Source: Minisyncoccota bacterium | GTDB lineage: Bacteria > Patescibacteriota > Minisyncoccia > Phycocordibacterales > CAJBRS01 | Assembly (NCBI GenBank): GCA_035652395.1 | Contig: DASRDX010000012.1 | Location: forward strand, 23,861-87,860 | Length of the DNA stretch: 64,000 bases | Direction of reading: 5' to 3' | In this document: positions 8,893-18,753 of the stretch, piece by piece | Layout of the letters: each line of letters opens with the position of its first letter | Numbering within the stretch: position 1 is the stretch's first letter | Notes under the pieces: generated by a model | The model's input: only the letters and a program-made list of their open reading frames with translations | Database searches by the model: none | What the model was told of the DNA's origin: nothing | Position numbers and translations under genes: made by a program

Positions 8893-10758
8893 CTAGGTTC
8901 GAGTGACTGGGTCTGTATGCCAGTTGTCAAAGCCCCAAGTCTGCTGGATGTTCTGGAATGCACCATTAACATCTTGAACAGTTGAAGAAGCTCGAGTGAC
9001 ATAGTAGACGTTCGTTCCAGCTGCGGTCTGAGTATCGTTTACCGTTAAGGTAATGTTATACGTCTGACCTTGAGCAAGAATGTTGTTTGTCGGTGTAGGT
9101 GAGATCACTACGCTCTTGTTTACAAGAGTCGTACTTGATGCATGTCTAGCAACGACATCGAAGTCACTTCCGTTAGCGGCGTAGGCGAAAGCCTGACCTG
9201 GGTAAGGAGTAGCAGTGAAGTGGAAGTTGACCTGAACAGCGGTGGTGTTACCACTGGTGTTGTTGGTCTTGGTGTAATCAGCTGATACGAACTGGAGGTT
9301 TGGTGTAGCTCCGAATTCGTACTGATTATTTCCTCTTACAACAGAGTTTGAAGTCTGCTGATTTCCATTGCTATTCTTGTAGGTCACTGAAGTTACCGTG
9401 GCGCTAGCAATAGTTCCTGAAGCGGATGTGGCTGGGAAGTCAGCTTTGATGCTGTAGACATTTCCACCATTAGTTGTACCGCTGTTGAACTGATCTAGGT
9501 TGTTGAAGGTAACTGTTGAAGAACCGCTAAGAACTGGTTGATACTGCAATCGGGTAGCTCCCTGGAAGAGAGTAACGCCGGTTGGAGGAGTACCGGTTCC
9601 GTTTGTCATGATGTTAGCCGTTACCTGGGTCAACTGAGTTGTACCCTGAGTGGTATTGGTGTTGAAGGCCAAGAGGGTCACAGGATTGTTCTGTGTACCA
9701 ACTTTAGCATCAACGTAGTTAGTCAATGACAATGGGTTTGACTGATCAACACCGACAATCAAGGTTGAATTTCCTGGTTTGCTGAAGATTTGAACGACAG
9801 TCATTCCAGAAATATCAACGTAGTTTGAAGTGTTATTTACTCCTGTGTAGTAAAGCAATGAGGTAGCGCCATAACCACGGATGGTGATGGTTCGATTGGT
9901 ATCGATGCTGCCTGCAGTGCTAAAGCTTACGGTCAAGAGCTTGGTTGTGTTAGCAGGTACCATGAAATTGATACCGCTAAGTCGCAAGTAGTAGTCAGTT
10001 GAAGAAGTACCGGTGACAAAATCAGCAGAGCTTACGTTTCGGTTGAGAAGAACGGTTGATCCATCCCAAATCTTAACGTTGTTGATGAAGTTGCCTGGGT
10101 TTTCTGTCTGACCGCTAGCATTGTCGTTCACATCGAGGTCAATTCGATCTACTCGAACTGAACCAAGCTGTGCTCGAAGCTGAAGTCCGTAGACTGGAAC
10201 ATCAACGTTCTGTTGAATGTTGCTGTTACCACCTGGAGGACCCTGAGTAACGGTTAATGTTCCGTCACTTGAGGTAGTTGTAGTACCTCCGACTGGAGTA
10301 CAGGTGTATCCTGCTGGGCAGGTTACGCCAGTATTGTTTGGAGTACAGGTCATTCCTGCTGGGCAAGAAGTTGTACCGCCAGTGCTTGAACCCGTGAAGA
10401 GTTCAGGATGAGCAGCAATGTAAGCTCGAGTGATAGGACCGAAGTATCCAGCGGCTGGTGAAATATTCACGCTAGCCTGGAAAGCGGCCACAGCAGCTCG
10501 AGTAAGGGTGCCGAAGTATCCGAAAGCAACGCCAGCTGGCATTACTAGGAAACCGTGAGCAACCAACATTTGCTGAAGAGCGACAACGTCAGCTCCTCGA
10601 CTACCTACTGTCAGGTTTGAACTGAAAGTGTAGGGAGCCGCAACTGTAGTTGTAGTGCTAGTAGTGGTAGTAGTCATGGTGTCGGCGCTCGCAATGGAGA
10701 CAAACATCATGGCTAGAGCCAAGACTGCAACAACAACTTTCTTTGTGTTTGTTGACAT
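8893..10758 (-). CDS. Secreted/cell-surface protein: signal peptide, Thr-rich linker, peptidoglycan-binding-type (PG_binding_1-like) domain, Cys-rich repeats, large beta-rich C-terminal domain
   Basis: 621 aa. MSTNTKKVVVAVLALAMMFVSIASA signal; TTTTSTTTT linker; GSRGADVVALQQMLVAHGFL...GYFGTLTRAAVAAFQ resembles PG-binding repeats; CPAGMTCTPNNTGVTCPAGYTCTP duplicated Cys motif. Confidence 0.6.
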   Translation of the reverse strand: MSTNTKKVVVAVLALAMMFVSIASADTMTTTTTSTTTTVAAPYTFSSNLTVGSRGADVVALQQMLVAHGFLVMPAGVAFGYFGTLTRAAVAAFQASVNISPAAGYFGPITRAYIAAHPELFTGSSTGGTTSCPAGMTCTPNNTGVTCPAGYTCTPVGGTTTTSSDGTLTVTQGPPGGNSNIQQNVDVPVYGLQLRAQLGSVRVDRIDLDVNDNASGQTENPGNFINNVKIWDGSTVLLNRNVSSADFVTGTSSTDYYLRLSGINFMVPANTTKLLTVSFSTAGSIDTNRTITIRGYGATSLLYYTGVNNTSNYVDISGMTVVQIFSKPGNSTLIVGVDQSNPLSLTNYVDAKVGTQNNPVTLLAFNTNTTQGTTQLTQVTANIMTNGTGTPPTGVTLFQGATRLQYQPVLSGSSTVTFNNLDQFNSGTTNGGNVYSIKADFPATSASGTIASATVTSVTYKNSNGNQQTSNSVVRGNNQYEFGATPNLQFVSADYTKTNNTSGNTTAVQVNFHFTATPYPGQAFAYAANGSDFDVVARHASSTTLVNKSVVISPTPTNNILAQGQTYNITLTVNDTQTAAGTNVYYVTRASSTVQDVNGAFQNIQQTWGFDNWHTDPVTRT

Positions 10759-11316
10759 AATAATTTGTTAATTGATAACTCTCTCCGGTTAATTAATACT
10801 AATGTTTTTAATTTGGAGAAAATTATCGTTACTAAACTTAACTTAATAACCGTTCTGCATAAATTTTCGACATGCAGAATTTGTATCCATTAAACGTGAA
10901 CGTTCATCGCTCAATGAATACTAAACTAATCCTTTTGCTTCATTGATCGACACAAAGCAAATGGGAAGAGTTTCGAAATGAAGACCGAATTTCTTTCAGA
11001 TCAATCGTGGGAGAACAAGGTCGTTCAGAAGTGTATTTTTACTACTTATTTAATTTTCAAAGTGCCAAGTCGATCTGTATGGGCAAATTCAAGTACGGAA
11101 AACCCCTAGATAGGAACGTTTCCCTAGCTCTAGGTAGATAAAGTATATGATTTTAAGCCCTTTATTGCAAACCAGAGTTTGTGGATAACCGCTTAAAATG
11201 ACGTAACCTCTGCCTAAATATTACATTAAAATGAGGGATTTGGCAATTTAAAGACTTTTTAAGGATACGCGAGCTATAAAAAGTTTCTACCTGGTTTAAA
11301 CAGACAAAGCCTAAAT

Positions 11317-12120
11317 CTAAATTAAAGAATATTTACTCCAGCGTCGTTCCCCAACTTTTTTCAGTAGACCTTTCTCTACCATCTGACTAAGTTCGCGTTG
11401 AATAGTCTTCTCGCTGCAATTAGCAAAGGATTGGCTGATGTCCTTGATACTGAGATTGTTCTGTTTTCGCAACATCCCTAGAATCACAGCTTGTCTGTCA
11501 ATAGTTTTGTCAATAGAAGGTTTTGTTAGAGAACTTTTGTCTTTTATCGGGGTCGAACGAAATTGTCCTTTAGCTTTTGTGCTTTTCATATGTTGAGCTT
11601 TGTCCTTTAGTTCGGCTTCCGACTTCAGATTGGAATCTAAATTCCAAGCAGCCGGTAATTGCTCGGTCTTAAACATCTCTTCGTCCAAGACAAAATTGCT
11701 AGGAACTTTTAAAGATTCTTCCCTACCCTCCACTAAAGAAATGAGGTTTTCAAACTCTTTTCTCAAAATCTTTCTATTGGTTTCAGAAATTAAACCTGAC
11801 AAATTAGCCAGATCAAGAAAGCTAAGAATTTCCAGACTTGATTGAAATAAATTGTCTACGATACCTTTTCGGTCGCCGGAGTGTGCAATCGGCAACGCTA
11901 AACTGTCCTCTAGAATATGAGTAGCTTTCTCCCGGACATTCCACTTAAGCGGTTCTTGATCAGGAAAATGTTCACTTACCATATAGAGAGCGGCTGAGAG
12001 GCTCTTACATTTTTTATACAAAAAGACAAAATAGGCGTTGTTGTTGAAAAAGGCCAGTTTTTCAACGTTTAGGCTAAGTTCTTTAGGCTGATCATTTTGT
12101 TTGTCCTTTTGCGGTTCCAT
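11317..12120 (-). CDS. Putative transcriptional regulator, C-terminal winged helix-turn-helix
   Basis: The 267-aa C-terminus LSIKDISQSFANCSEKTIQRELSQMVEKGLLKKVGERRWSKYSL is wHTH-like (DeoR/MarR-like). The N-terminal part is unassigned. Confidence 0.45.
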   Translation of the reverse strand: MEPQKDKQNDQPKELSLNVEKLAFFNNNAYFVFLYKKCKSLSAALYMVSEHFPDQEPLKWNVREKATHILEDSLALPIAHSGDRKGIVDNLFQSSLEILSFLDLANLSGLISETNRKILRKEFENLISLVEGREESLKVPSNFVLDEEMFKTEQLPAAWNLDSNLKSEAELKDKAQHMKSTKAKGQFRSTPIKDKSSLTKPSIDKTIDRQAVILGMLRKQNNLSIKDISQSFANCSEKTIQRELSQMVEKGLLKKVGERRWSKYSLI

Positions 12121-12223
12121 GTCCTTTTGAATGTCTTTTGAGTTAAAATGTCTTTTAGAATGGAAAAAATAATTGTCCTATTATATATAGGACAAGAGTT
12201 TTGTAAATAGTCTCCTTTTGGAT

Positions 12224-12296
12224 TTGTCGATTAAGCAATTACGCTTCCGCTGGAGGTCAAAACGGGAACGCTCCAGCACAATTACTTAATCGACAA
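12224..12296. promoter_or_regulatory. Long nested inverted repeat in the divergent intergenic region between the HTH gene and ftsK
   Basis: TTGTCGATTAAGCAATTAC...(GCTGGAG ... CTCCAGC)...ACAATTACTTAATCGACAA. Outer arms are ~19 nt (16/19 complementary, 12 perfect), the inner stem 7 bp. Confidence 0.4.
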
Positions 12297-12386
12297 AGGC
12301 AATAGCTATTTCAAAACTGACTTGTCGGAGGAGAGGAGAGAAATCGTGATATTATAAGAGCATAAATTTACTTTTGTAGAGCTTCA

Positions 12387-14579
12387 ATGGCTAAAAAGAA
12401 AAATAAGGAGAAGAAAGACAGTAACCTTAATATTTTGAAAAATCTGAAGAAAGAAACTGCTCACGGAGTTTGGGCTGTAGTTTTTATCGTCTTAGCCATT
12501 TTTTTTCTGCTTTCTTCTTTGGGCATTGGCGGTATTGCCGGAGTAAAGATTTGGGAATTATTCTCTTATCTTTTGGGGACAGTTGGCTATTTCTTAATTC
12601 CGTTAGTTCTCTGTCTTCTTGGCATTACTTTCTTCAGATCGGTTATGGAGAGATTTGCCCTAACTAGAATTATCGGCAGTCTTTTATTGTTTGTCTCCAG
12701 TCTAGGCCTTCTGAATTTAATCAAAGAAAACAGTGGCGGCGTGGTGGGCGGTTTAATCTCTACCCCTCTAATCAATCTGTTTGATACGTATGTCAGTTTT
12801 ATCTTTTTGATAGCTCTCTTTCTTATTTCCCTATTCATTATTTTTGATACGACTTTAAGACGAGAGCATTTTTCTTTTTTGAATTTTCGCCAGAGATTAG
12901 GAAAAGATAAAGAAGAGGAGAAGGACCTAGTAATCAAGGCTTCCGATCTTTTTGCCGCAAGCGATGAGGATGAGAAAGAGGAGGAAGAAGAGAAGCCGGC
13001 TAAAGGAAAAAGTTTTTTTGGAAAGAAAGAGGTCAAGAATGACAATAAAGAAAATGAGCAGAAGATTGTGGGAATGACGAAGACGGAAGTGCCGAAAGAT
13101 TTTGAGTTTTCGACAAAATCTTTCGGCACTTCCGGCAAGAAATTCGTCCCTCCTCCCCTCTCTATTCTAGAAACTGATCGCGGTAAACCTGGCGTGGGCG
13201 ACATCAAAGCCAACGCCAACATCATCAAGCGCACTCTCCAAAACTTCGGCATTGATGTGGAGATGGATGAGATCTCAATTGGTCCTTCTATTACTCGATA
13301 CGCTCTGAAACCGGCTGAGGGAGTAAAACTTTCAAGAATTATTGGTCTACAAAACAATCTAGCTCTGGCCCTGGCCGCACATCCCATCCGCATCGAAGCT
13401 CCCATCCCCGGCAAATCACTGGTCGGAATTGAAATTCCAAACAGCGTTAAAACAACAGTTGGTTTAGGCTCCCTTCTGGCGAACGAGGAGTTCCAAAATT
13501 CTGACAAACCTCTGCTAGTCTCTCTTGGCAAAGGTATTTCCGGCAAATCCTATTTTGATAATGTGGCCAAGATGCCGCACTGTTTGATTGCTGGAGCTAC
13601 CGGCTCCGGAAAATCGGTGACTATTCACGCCCTTATCGCTTCTCTGCTTTTTCGAAATTCCCCGGAAAACCTTCGCTTTATCATGATTGATCCAAAAAGA
13701 GTGGAGTTAACTCTCTATAATGGGATTCCTCACCTTCTTACTCCAGTAATTACAGACGCCAAGAAAGCTATTCTTTCCTTAAAATGGGCCGCCAAAGAAA
13801 TGGACCGACGCTACGACATCTTAGAAAAGGAGTCGGTTCGTGACATCCAGTCCTATCACAAAAATATTAAAGGCGGTGAAACAATGCCCTACATCGTCAT
13901 TATTATTGATGAGCTCGCCGATATCATGACTACTTACCCGCGAGAACTCGAATCGGCCATTGTCCGACTGGCCCAGATGAGTCGCGCCGTTGGTATTCAT
14001 TTGATGCTTTCTACTCAGCGCCCTTCCGTAAACGTCATCACCGGTTTAATTAAAGCGAACATTCCGGCTCGTATTGCTCTCCAAGTGGCTTCCCAGATTG
14101 ACTCGCGAACCATTCTTGATGGACCCGGCGCCGAGAAATTATTAGGCGCCGGCGATATGCTCTACCTCTCCGGCGAGATGTCCATGCCACAGCGAATTCA
14201 ATCGGCTTATATCACTGAAGGCGAAGTGAAGAAACTGGTGAAATATTTGAAAGATAATTATAAGGATGAGTTGCCGTCAGAAATTAATCTCTCTGGCGAT
14301 AAAGCTGGTGAAAGCGCCACTAAAGATCCAGTCTTCGATTCCGGATTTGCCAATGATGAGCCCGGAGATGATGACGACCTCTATGAGGAGGCGCGAGAAA
14401 TCGTGGTTCATGCCGGCAAAGCCTCCACTTCCTATCTTCAGCGAAAGCTCCGAATCGGTTACGCGCGAGCCGCTCGTTTAATAGACATGCTTGAGGAACG
14501 CGGAGTCATCAGTGCCGGCGAAGGTGCCAAACCTCGCCAAGTAATTGGCTACGCCGATAATCCAACCACTGAAGAATAG
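12387..14579 (+). CDS. ftsK: DNA translocase FtsK/SpoIIIE
   Basis: N-terminal TM segments; AGATGSGKSV Walker A; IIIDELADIM Walker B; C-terminal gamma wHTH (STSYLQRKLRIGYARAARLIDMLEERGVI). Confidence 0.9.
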   Translation: MAKKKNKEKKDSNLNILKNLKKETAHGVWAVVFIVLAIFFLLSSLGIGGIAGVKIWELFSYLLGTVGYFLIPLVLCLLGITFFRSVMERFALTRIIGSLLLFVSSLGLLNLIKENSGGVVGGLISTPLINLFDTYVSFIFLIALFLISLFIIFDTTLRREHFSFLNFRQRLGKDKEEEKDLVIKASDLFAASDEDEKEEEEEKPAKGKSFFGKKEVKNDNKENEQKIVGMTKTEVPKDFEFSTKSFGTSGKKFVPPPLSILETDRGKPGVGDIKANANIIKRTLQNFGIDVEMDEISIGPSITRYALKPAEGVKLSRIIGLQNNLALALAAHPIRIEAPIPGKSLVGIEIPNSVKTTVGLGSLLANEEFQNSDKPLLVSLGKGISGKSYFDNVAKMPHCLIAGATGSGKSVTIHALIASLLFRNSPENLRFIMIDPKRVELTLYNGIPHLLTPVITDAKKAILSLKWAAKEMDRRYDILEKESVRDIQSYHKNIKGGETMPYIVIIIDELADIMTTYPRELESAIVRLAQMSRAVGIHLMLSTQRPSVNVITGLIKANIPARIALQVASQIDSRTILDGPGAEKLLGAGDMLYLSGEMSMPQRIQSAYITEGEVKKLVKYLKDNYKDELPSEINLSGDKAGESATKDPVFDSGFANDEPGDDDDLYEEAREIVVHAGKASTSYLQRKLRIGYARAARLIDMLEERGVISAGEGAKPRQVIGYADNPTTEE

Positions 14580-14590
14580 TCGCGAATTCG

Positions 14591-15034
14591 ATGCAACGTG
14601 ACGCCAAACATCTCTTTCGGACTAGTGTAGTTGTTTTACTTTTCATTATCATTCTTTCCTACGCTTTTTTTCAGGCCAGAAAGATCCTTGAGGGACCGGA
14701 AATTATCATCAATAATCCGAAAAACGGTCAGACTGTTACAGACTCTTTCCTTTCTATTGATGGAGTAGCTAAAAATATTAATGCCATCAGCCTTGACGAT
14801 CGGCCCATCTTCATTGACGAGGCCGGCAACTTTCACGAAAAATTGCTCCTCTATCCGGGCTATAATATAATGAAATTTGAAGCCAGAGATAAATTCGGCA
14901 AGGATAAGATCGTGATGTTGGAAGTGAATTATCGAGCGCCAGCAGCCGAGTTGGTGCCTACAAGTGCCTCCACAACTCTCCCTACCTCATCGAGCTCTGC
15001 AACAACTACTGTAGCCACTTCGTCTAAAATTTAA
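14591..15034 (+). CDS. Membrane-anchored hypothetical protein with S/T-rich tail
   Basis: 147 aa, one N-terminal TM segment. Confidence 0.45.
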   Translation: MQRDAKHLFRTSVVVLLFIIILSYAFFQARKILEGPEIIINNPKNGQTVTDSFLSIDGVAKNINAISLDDRPIFIDEAGNFHEKLLLYPGYNIMKFEARDKFGKDKIVMLEVNYRAPAAELVPTSASTTLPTSSSSATTTVATSSKI

Positions 15035-15113
15035 GGGGTAAGCCTCTCAATTTAGAAAAATTTGAGGAAAAATTTATGATTTTTATTTAATAATGACAAA
15101 ATAACTAAAACCT

Positions 15114-16142
15114 ATGGCACTTAAGAAAAAGGACAAGGAACCGAAGGAGGAAAAGACGGTGGGCGGAGTTAATATTGAAGATACATTGCGACAGATTCGG
15201 ACCAAATTCGGTGAGGAAGCCATTATGAAGCTCGGAGAAAAACCGAGAGTGGATGTAAATGCCATTCCAACCGGGTCAATTGGTTTGGACGCCGCCTTAG
15301 GAGTCGGCGGCTTACCGCGCGGCCGTATTATTGAAATTTTCGGACCAGAGTCTTCGGGTAAGACTACCCTTTCTCTTCACGTTGTCGCAGAAGCTCAAAA
15401 ACGCGGGGGTATTTGTGCTTTCGTAGATGCCGAACACGCCATGGATCCGGAGTATGCTAAGCGGCTGGGAGTGAAAATTGATGAACTTTTAATTTCCCAG
15501 CCGGACACAGGAGAGCAAGCACTTGAAATCGTGGAAAGCTTGGTACGCTCGGGCAAAATGGATGTCATTGTCATTGACTCGGTGGCCGCTCTTACTCCCA
15601 AGGACGAAATTGAAGGAGACATGGGTGCACATCATGTTGGAAAACAAGCGAGACTGATGTCGCAAGCTCTGCGAAAACTCACTAGCATCGTGGCCAAAAG
15701 TAAAACTATCGTCATCTTCATTAATCAGATTCGAATGCAGATCGGCGTGATGTTTGGCAATCCCGAAACTACTCCGGGCGGTAAAGCTTTGAAATTTTAC
15801 ACTTCAGTTCGTTTAGATATTCGTCGTATTGCCCAGATTAAAAAAGGAGATGAAGTGATGGGCGGGCGAGTGCGGGTGAAAGTGGTAAAGAATAAAGTGG
15901 CGGCCCCGTTTAAACAGACTGAATTTGACTTAATGTACAACGAGGGCATCTCCCGCGAGGGCGAAATCATTGCTCTCGGCGAGAAAATGAATTTGATTGA
16001 TAAAAGCGGCAGTTCTTACGCTTACGGGCAGGTAAAACTTGGCCGCGGCTATGACGCCACCCGCCAATTCCTAAAAGAAAATAAAAAAGTGACAGAGGAA
16101 ATTCTGAAAGAGATTAGGAAGAAATTGAAGGAGGAAGTTTAG
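15114..16142 (+). CDS. recA: Recombinase RecA
   Basis: ...[33 protein letters not shown]...[13 protein letters not shown]... canonical RecA. Confidence 0.95.
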   Translation: MALKKKDKEPKEEKTVGGVNIEDTLRQIRTKFGEEAIMKLGEKPRVDVNAIPTGSIGLDAALGVGGLPRGRIIEIFGPESSGKTTLSLHVVAEAQKRGGICAFVDAEHAMDPEYAKRLGVKIDELLISQPDTGEQALEIVESLVRSGKMDVIVIDSVAALTPKDEIEGDMGAHHVGKQARLMSQALRKLTSIVAKSKTIVIFINQIRMQIGVMFGNPETTPGGKALKFYTSVRLDIRRIAQIKKGDEVMGGRVRVKVVKNKVAAPFKQTEFDLMYNEGISREGEIIALGEKMNLIDKSGSSYAYGQVKLGRGYDATRQFLKENKKVTEEILKEIRKKLKEEV

Positions 16143-16147
16143 TTCTT

Positions 16148-16183
16148 AGATGGCCGCCTTTAGGCGGCCATCTTTCTGTTCTT
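16148..16183. terminator. Bidirectional terminator between recA and the DedA gene
   Basis: AGATGGCCGCCtttaGGCGGCCATCT followed by ttctgttctt. Confidence 0.6.
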
Positions 16184-16747
16184 AATTACAAAAAATATTA
16201 TTACTCCGAAAATAGCTAAAGCGGAGAAAATTAATCCCCCATAATGAATATACTGACCGAAAAGCTGATAACTCTCACCGTAGTAATAACCGATAAAAAC
16301 CAACGCACCCGTTTTTAAAAGACTAACCGCCGTATTAATGCTAAAAAATTTCCAAAGCGGCATTCTGGTTACACCGGCCCCAATCATGGTCGGCCATCCG
16401 ACTCCGTGACTAAGTTTGCCGATAGCGATAGTCTTGCCACCATGTTTTTCAAAATGGGAATCTATTTTTCCCAATCGCTCGGGAGTAAGGCCCAGCCATT
16501 TCAATTTTCGGACAAGACGACTCTCTCTTCCCCACCGACCAATGGAATAGTAAATAAAATCTCCCAAAAGATCGGCCGCCATGGCTAAAATGACAATCGG
16601 CCAAACGGCTAAATAGTGGGAGGGCAAGCTGGCTAGATAACTGGCAATAATGGTAGAAACCGGACCTTCCACAATAAAAACTGGAAATAAAATCAGGTAT
16701 TTATATTTCACCACCAGAGCAATAAATTCGACCAGAGTAATATGCAT
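16160..16747 (-). CDS. DedA/SNARE-associated (VTT domain) membrane protein
   Basis: 195 aa; ...GVTRMPLWKFFSINTAVSLLKTGALVFIGYYYG... typical DedA core. Confidence 0.75.
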   Translation of the reverse strand: MHITLVEFIALVVKYKYLILFPVFIVEGPVSTIIASYLASLPSHYLAVWPIVILAMAADLLGDFIYYSIGRWGRESRLVRKLKWLGLTPERLGKIDSHFEKHGGKTIAIGKLSHGVGWPTMIGAGVTRMPLWKFFSINTAVSLLKTGALVFIGYYYGESYQLFGQYIHYGGLIFSALAIFGVIIFFVIKNRKMAA

Positions 16748-16859
16748 CTTGTAATTATATATCCGATAGACAAATTTTAAGACCTCTGCTAAGCTAAAAA
16801 TATCCGCGAAAGCGGATTTTATATTCTCATTATTTAATACTTAACTACGCACTATTGTT

Positions 16860-17453
16860 ATGGCCATGCTCGAATACAACGAAATTACTGAGCGAAAATA
16901 CATCATCTTGGATGATGAACCATGGGAAGTGCTTACTTCTCATGTCTTTCGCAAGCAGCAAAGAAAACCGGTCAACGCCACAAAGCTAAAGAATATGTTA
17001 ACTGGACGAGTTACGGAGCATTCATTCCATGTTTCTGATAAAGCGGAAGAAGCGGATATTTCCAGCCGTAAAATTAAATATCTTTATACGAATAAAGGCG
17101 AATACTGGTTCTGCGAAGAGAAAGATCCTTCCAAGCGATTCAAACTGGAAGAAGAAATGCTCGGACCGCAAGTCAGATTTTTGAAACCAAACTCAATCGT
17201 AGATGCGCTTATCTTTACCGACGAAGACAACGAAGATGACGGGGGCAAGATTATCGGAGTAAAAGTGCCGATTACGGTAGATCTAAAAGTAACCGAAGCC
17301 TTTGATGCAGTTAAGGGAGACACCGCCACAGGCGGCAGCAAAACCGTCACTTTAGAGACCGGCGCCACTATTAACGTTCCATTGTTTGTAAAACAAGGAG
17401 ACATTATCCGCATCAATACAGAGAATGCGGAATATCGAGAAAGAGTAAGTTAG
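16860..17453 (+). CDS. efp: Elongation factor P
   Basis: The C-terminal two OB domains align closely with EF-P (GVKVPITVDLKVTEAFDAVKGDTATGGSKTVTLETGATINVPLFVKQGDIIRINT). The N-terminal loop region is divergent (FRKQQRKPVNATKLK). Confidence 0.88.
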   Translation: MAMLEYNEITERKYIILDDEPWEVLTSHVFRKQQRKPVNATKLKNMLTGRVTEHSFHVSDKAEEADISSRKIKYLYTNKGEYWFCEEKDPSKRFKLEEEMLGPQVRFLKPNSIVDALIFTDEDNEDDGGKIIGVKVPITVDLKVTEAFDAVKGDTATGGSKTVTLETGATINVPLFVKQGDIIRINTENAEYRERVS

Positions 17454-17476
17454 GTCTTCTCTTCTCTTCTCTCAAG

Positions 17477-17677
17477 TCATCTTGCCACGAATGGCATTAG
17501 GCCCATAAAGCGAGCGCGTTTAATGGCGTTAGCTAATTTTCGTTGGTTTTTGGCGCTAATACCACTTCTTCGTCGAGAAAGAATGCGGCCATGCGGATTG
17601 ATGAACTTTTTTAAAAGTTCCGTATCTTTGTAATCAAAGTAATTTATATTTTGGGCGTTAAAATTTTTATCTTGCAT
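17477..17677 (-). CDS. rpsR: 30S ribosomal protein S18
   Basis: ...[50 protein letters not shown]. Confidence 0.9.
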   Translation of the reverse strand: MQDKNFNAQNINYFDYKDTELLKKFINPHGRILSRRRSGISAKNQRKLANAIKRARFMGLMPFVAR

Positions 17678-17704
17678 ACTTTTACAACTTTATGAAGTTT
17701 ATAA

Positions 17705-18160
17705 CTAAAACGGTATATCCTCTGGATTAATTTCCTCTTCAGGATAATCGATGGTATCCATATTATCGGTTTTGGCGGGGGCCTGACTCTCATCGCCGCC
17801 CGCTGATTTTCCGGAATAAGGAGTTGTGGCACCGCCGCTTCTTGGTCCGAATTGTACTCGTTCAGCAATTATTTCCGTTCGATAATTCTTTTTGCCATCT
17901 GCTCCTTCCCATGAGCGAGTCTGCATCCGGCCTTCCACCATAGCAGAGCTGCCCTTCTTTAGATATTGAGCGGTGGTTTCAGCCTGTCGTCCGAAAACGA
18001 CGATATTGTGATAATCTGTACTTTCCTGACGAGCTCCGTCCTTTTTCCAGACGCGATTGGTAGCCAGCGAGAAAGTTGTTACCTGCATACCGGAAGGCAG
18101 CGATTTCAATTCTGGATCGCGGGTGAGGTTTCCGTAGACGATGGCTTTGTTTAAATACAT
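17705..18160 (-). CDS. ssb: Single-stranded DNA-binding protein
   Basis: OB-fold MYLNKAIVYGNLTRDPELK..., Gly/acidic tail ending DIPF. Confidence 0.9.
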   Translation of the reverse strand: MYLNKAIVYGNLTRDPELKSLPSGMQVTTFSLATNRVWKKDGARQESTDYHNIVVFGRQAETTAQYLKKGSSAMVEGRMQTRSWEGADGKKNYRTEIIAERVQFGPRSGGATTPYSGKSAGGDESQAPAKTDNMDTIDYPEEEINPEDIPF

Positions 18161-18161
18161 A

Positions 18162-18710
18162 TTAAATCACTAATTCTTCAATGGTTTTATCTAGTTCCGC
18201 TTCGGAAATTGGTTTTTCGGCTTTTTCTTTCTCTTCCTTGTTTCGACGAGCTACTCGATTCGGATCGCTACGCAGATATGAAGGTCGAGGGGTGTAAAGA
18301 ATATTTTCTCGAATAGTTTTTAGAATAATGAAGCGCAAAATGGAGTCAATATTTTCAACCGCCTTCTTAAGCTCGATGGCGACGGCAGAATCGGCTTCAA
18401 ATTTAATCCAGCTGAAGTAAGCCCGATCATGAGTTTGTTTAACCGCTTTTACCGTTTTAGAAATTGAATACGCTAAGGGCCGCATCTTTGGAAAATCTTC
18501 GGAAAGAGGTTTACCTCCCTTCTCTTCGATCAAGGATTTTATTTTGCTGAATTCAGCGCCGACATTTTCAGCAGCTACGGTTGGCACAAGTAGAAAGCCG
18601 AGCTCGTAAATCCGAGCTTCGCCTTCGTCCTGATCCGATTCCTCAATTATTTGAGGTTCTTTAATTTGGGTATCTTCGGCCATTAGTCTAGAGAGATTAT
18701 CATAGGGCAT
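18162..18710 (-). CDS. rpsF: 30S ribosomal protein S6 (with N- and C-terminal extensions)
   Basis: RIYELGFLLVP...KMRPLAYSISK...AYFSWIKFEA pattern; conserved rpsF-ssb-rpsR order. Confidence 0.7.
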   Translation of the reverse strand: MPYDNLSRLMAEDTQIKEPQIIEESDQDEGEARIYELGFLLVPTVAAENVGAEFSKIKSLIEEKGGKPLSEDFPKMRPLAYSISKTVKAVKQTHDRAYFSWIKFEADSAVAIELKKAVENIDSILRFIILKTIRENILYTPRPSYLRSDPNRVARRNKEEKEKAEKPISEAELDKTIEELVI

Positions 18711-18753
18711 AATCTATTGCAAACTGGCCCTTTATGGGGATTTTAAGAAAAAT

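Noticed and set aside
10990-11040. Possible 5S rRNA (GTTCAGAAGTG resembles the 5S GAACTCAGAAGTGAAAC)
   Set aside because: Similarity limited to ~10 nt; flanks do not reproduce 5S helices and the element is not followed by the 3' half of 5S.
12587-13546. 319-aa minus-strand ORF inside ftsK
   Set aside because: Antisense to the clearly conserved FtsK reading frame; low-complexity S/F/R-rich translation with no motif. Judged a frame artifact.
17644-17868. 74-aa ORF overlapping the S18/ssb junction
   Set aside because: Overlaps two well-supported genes out of frame; no SD.
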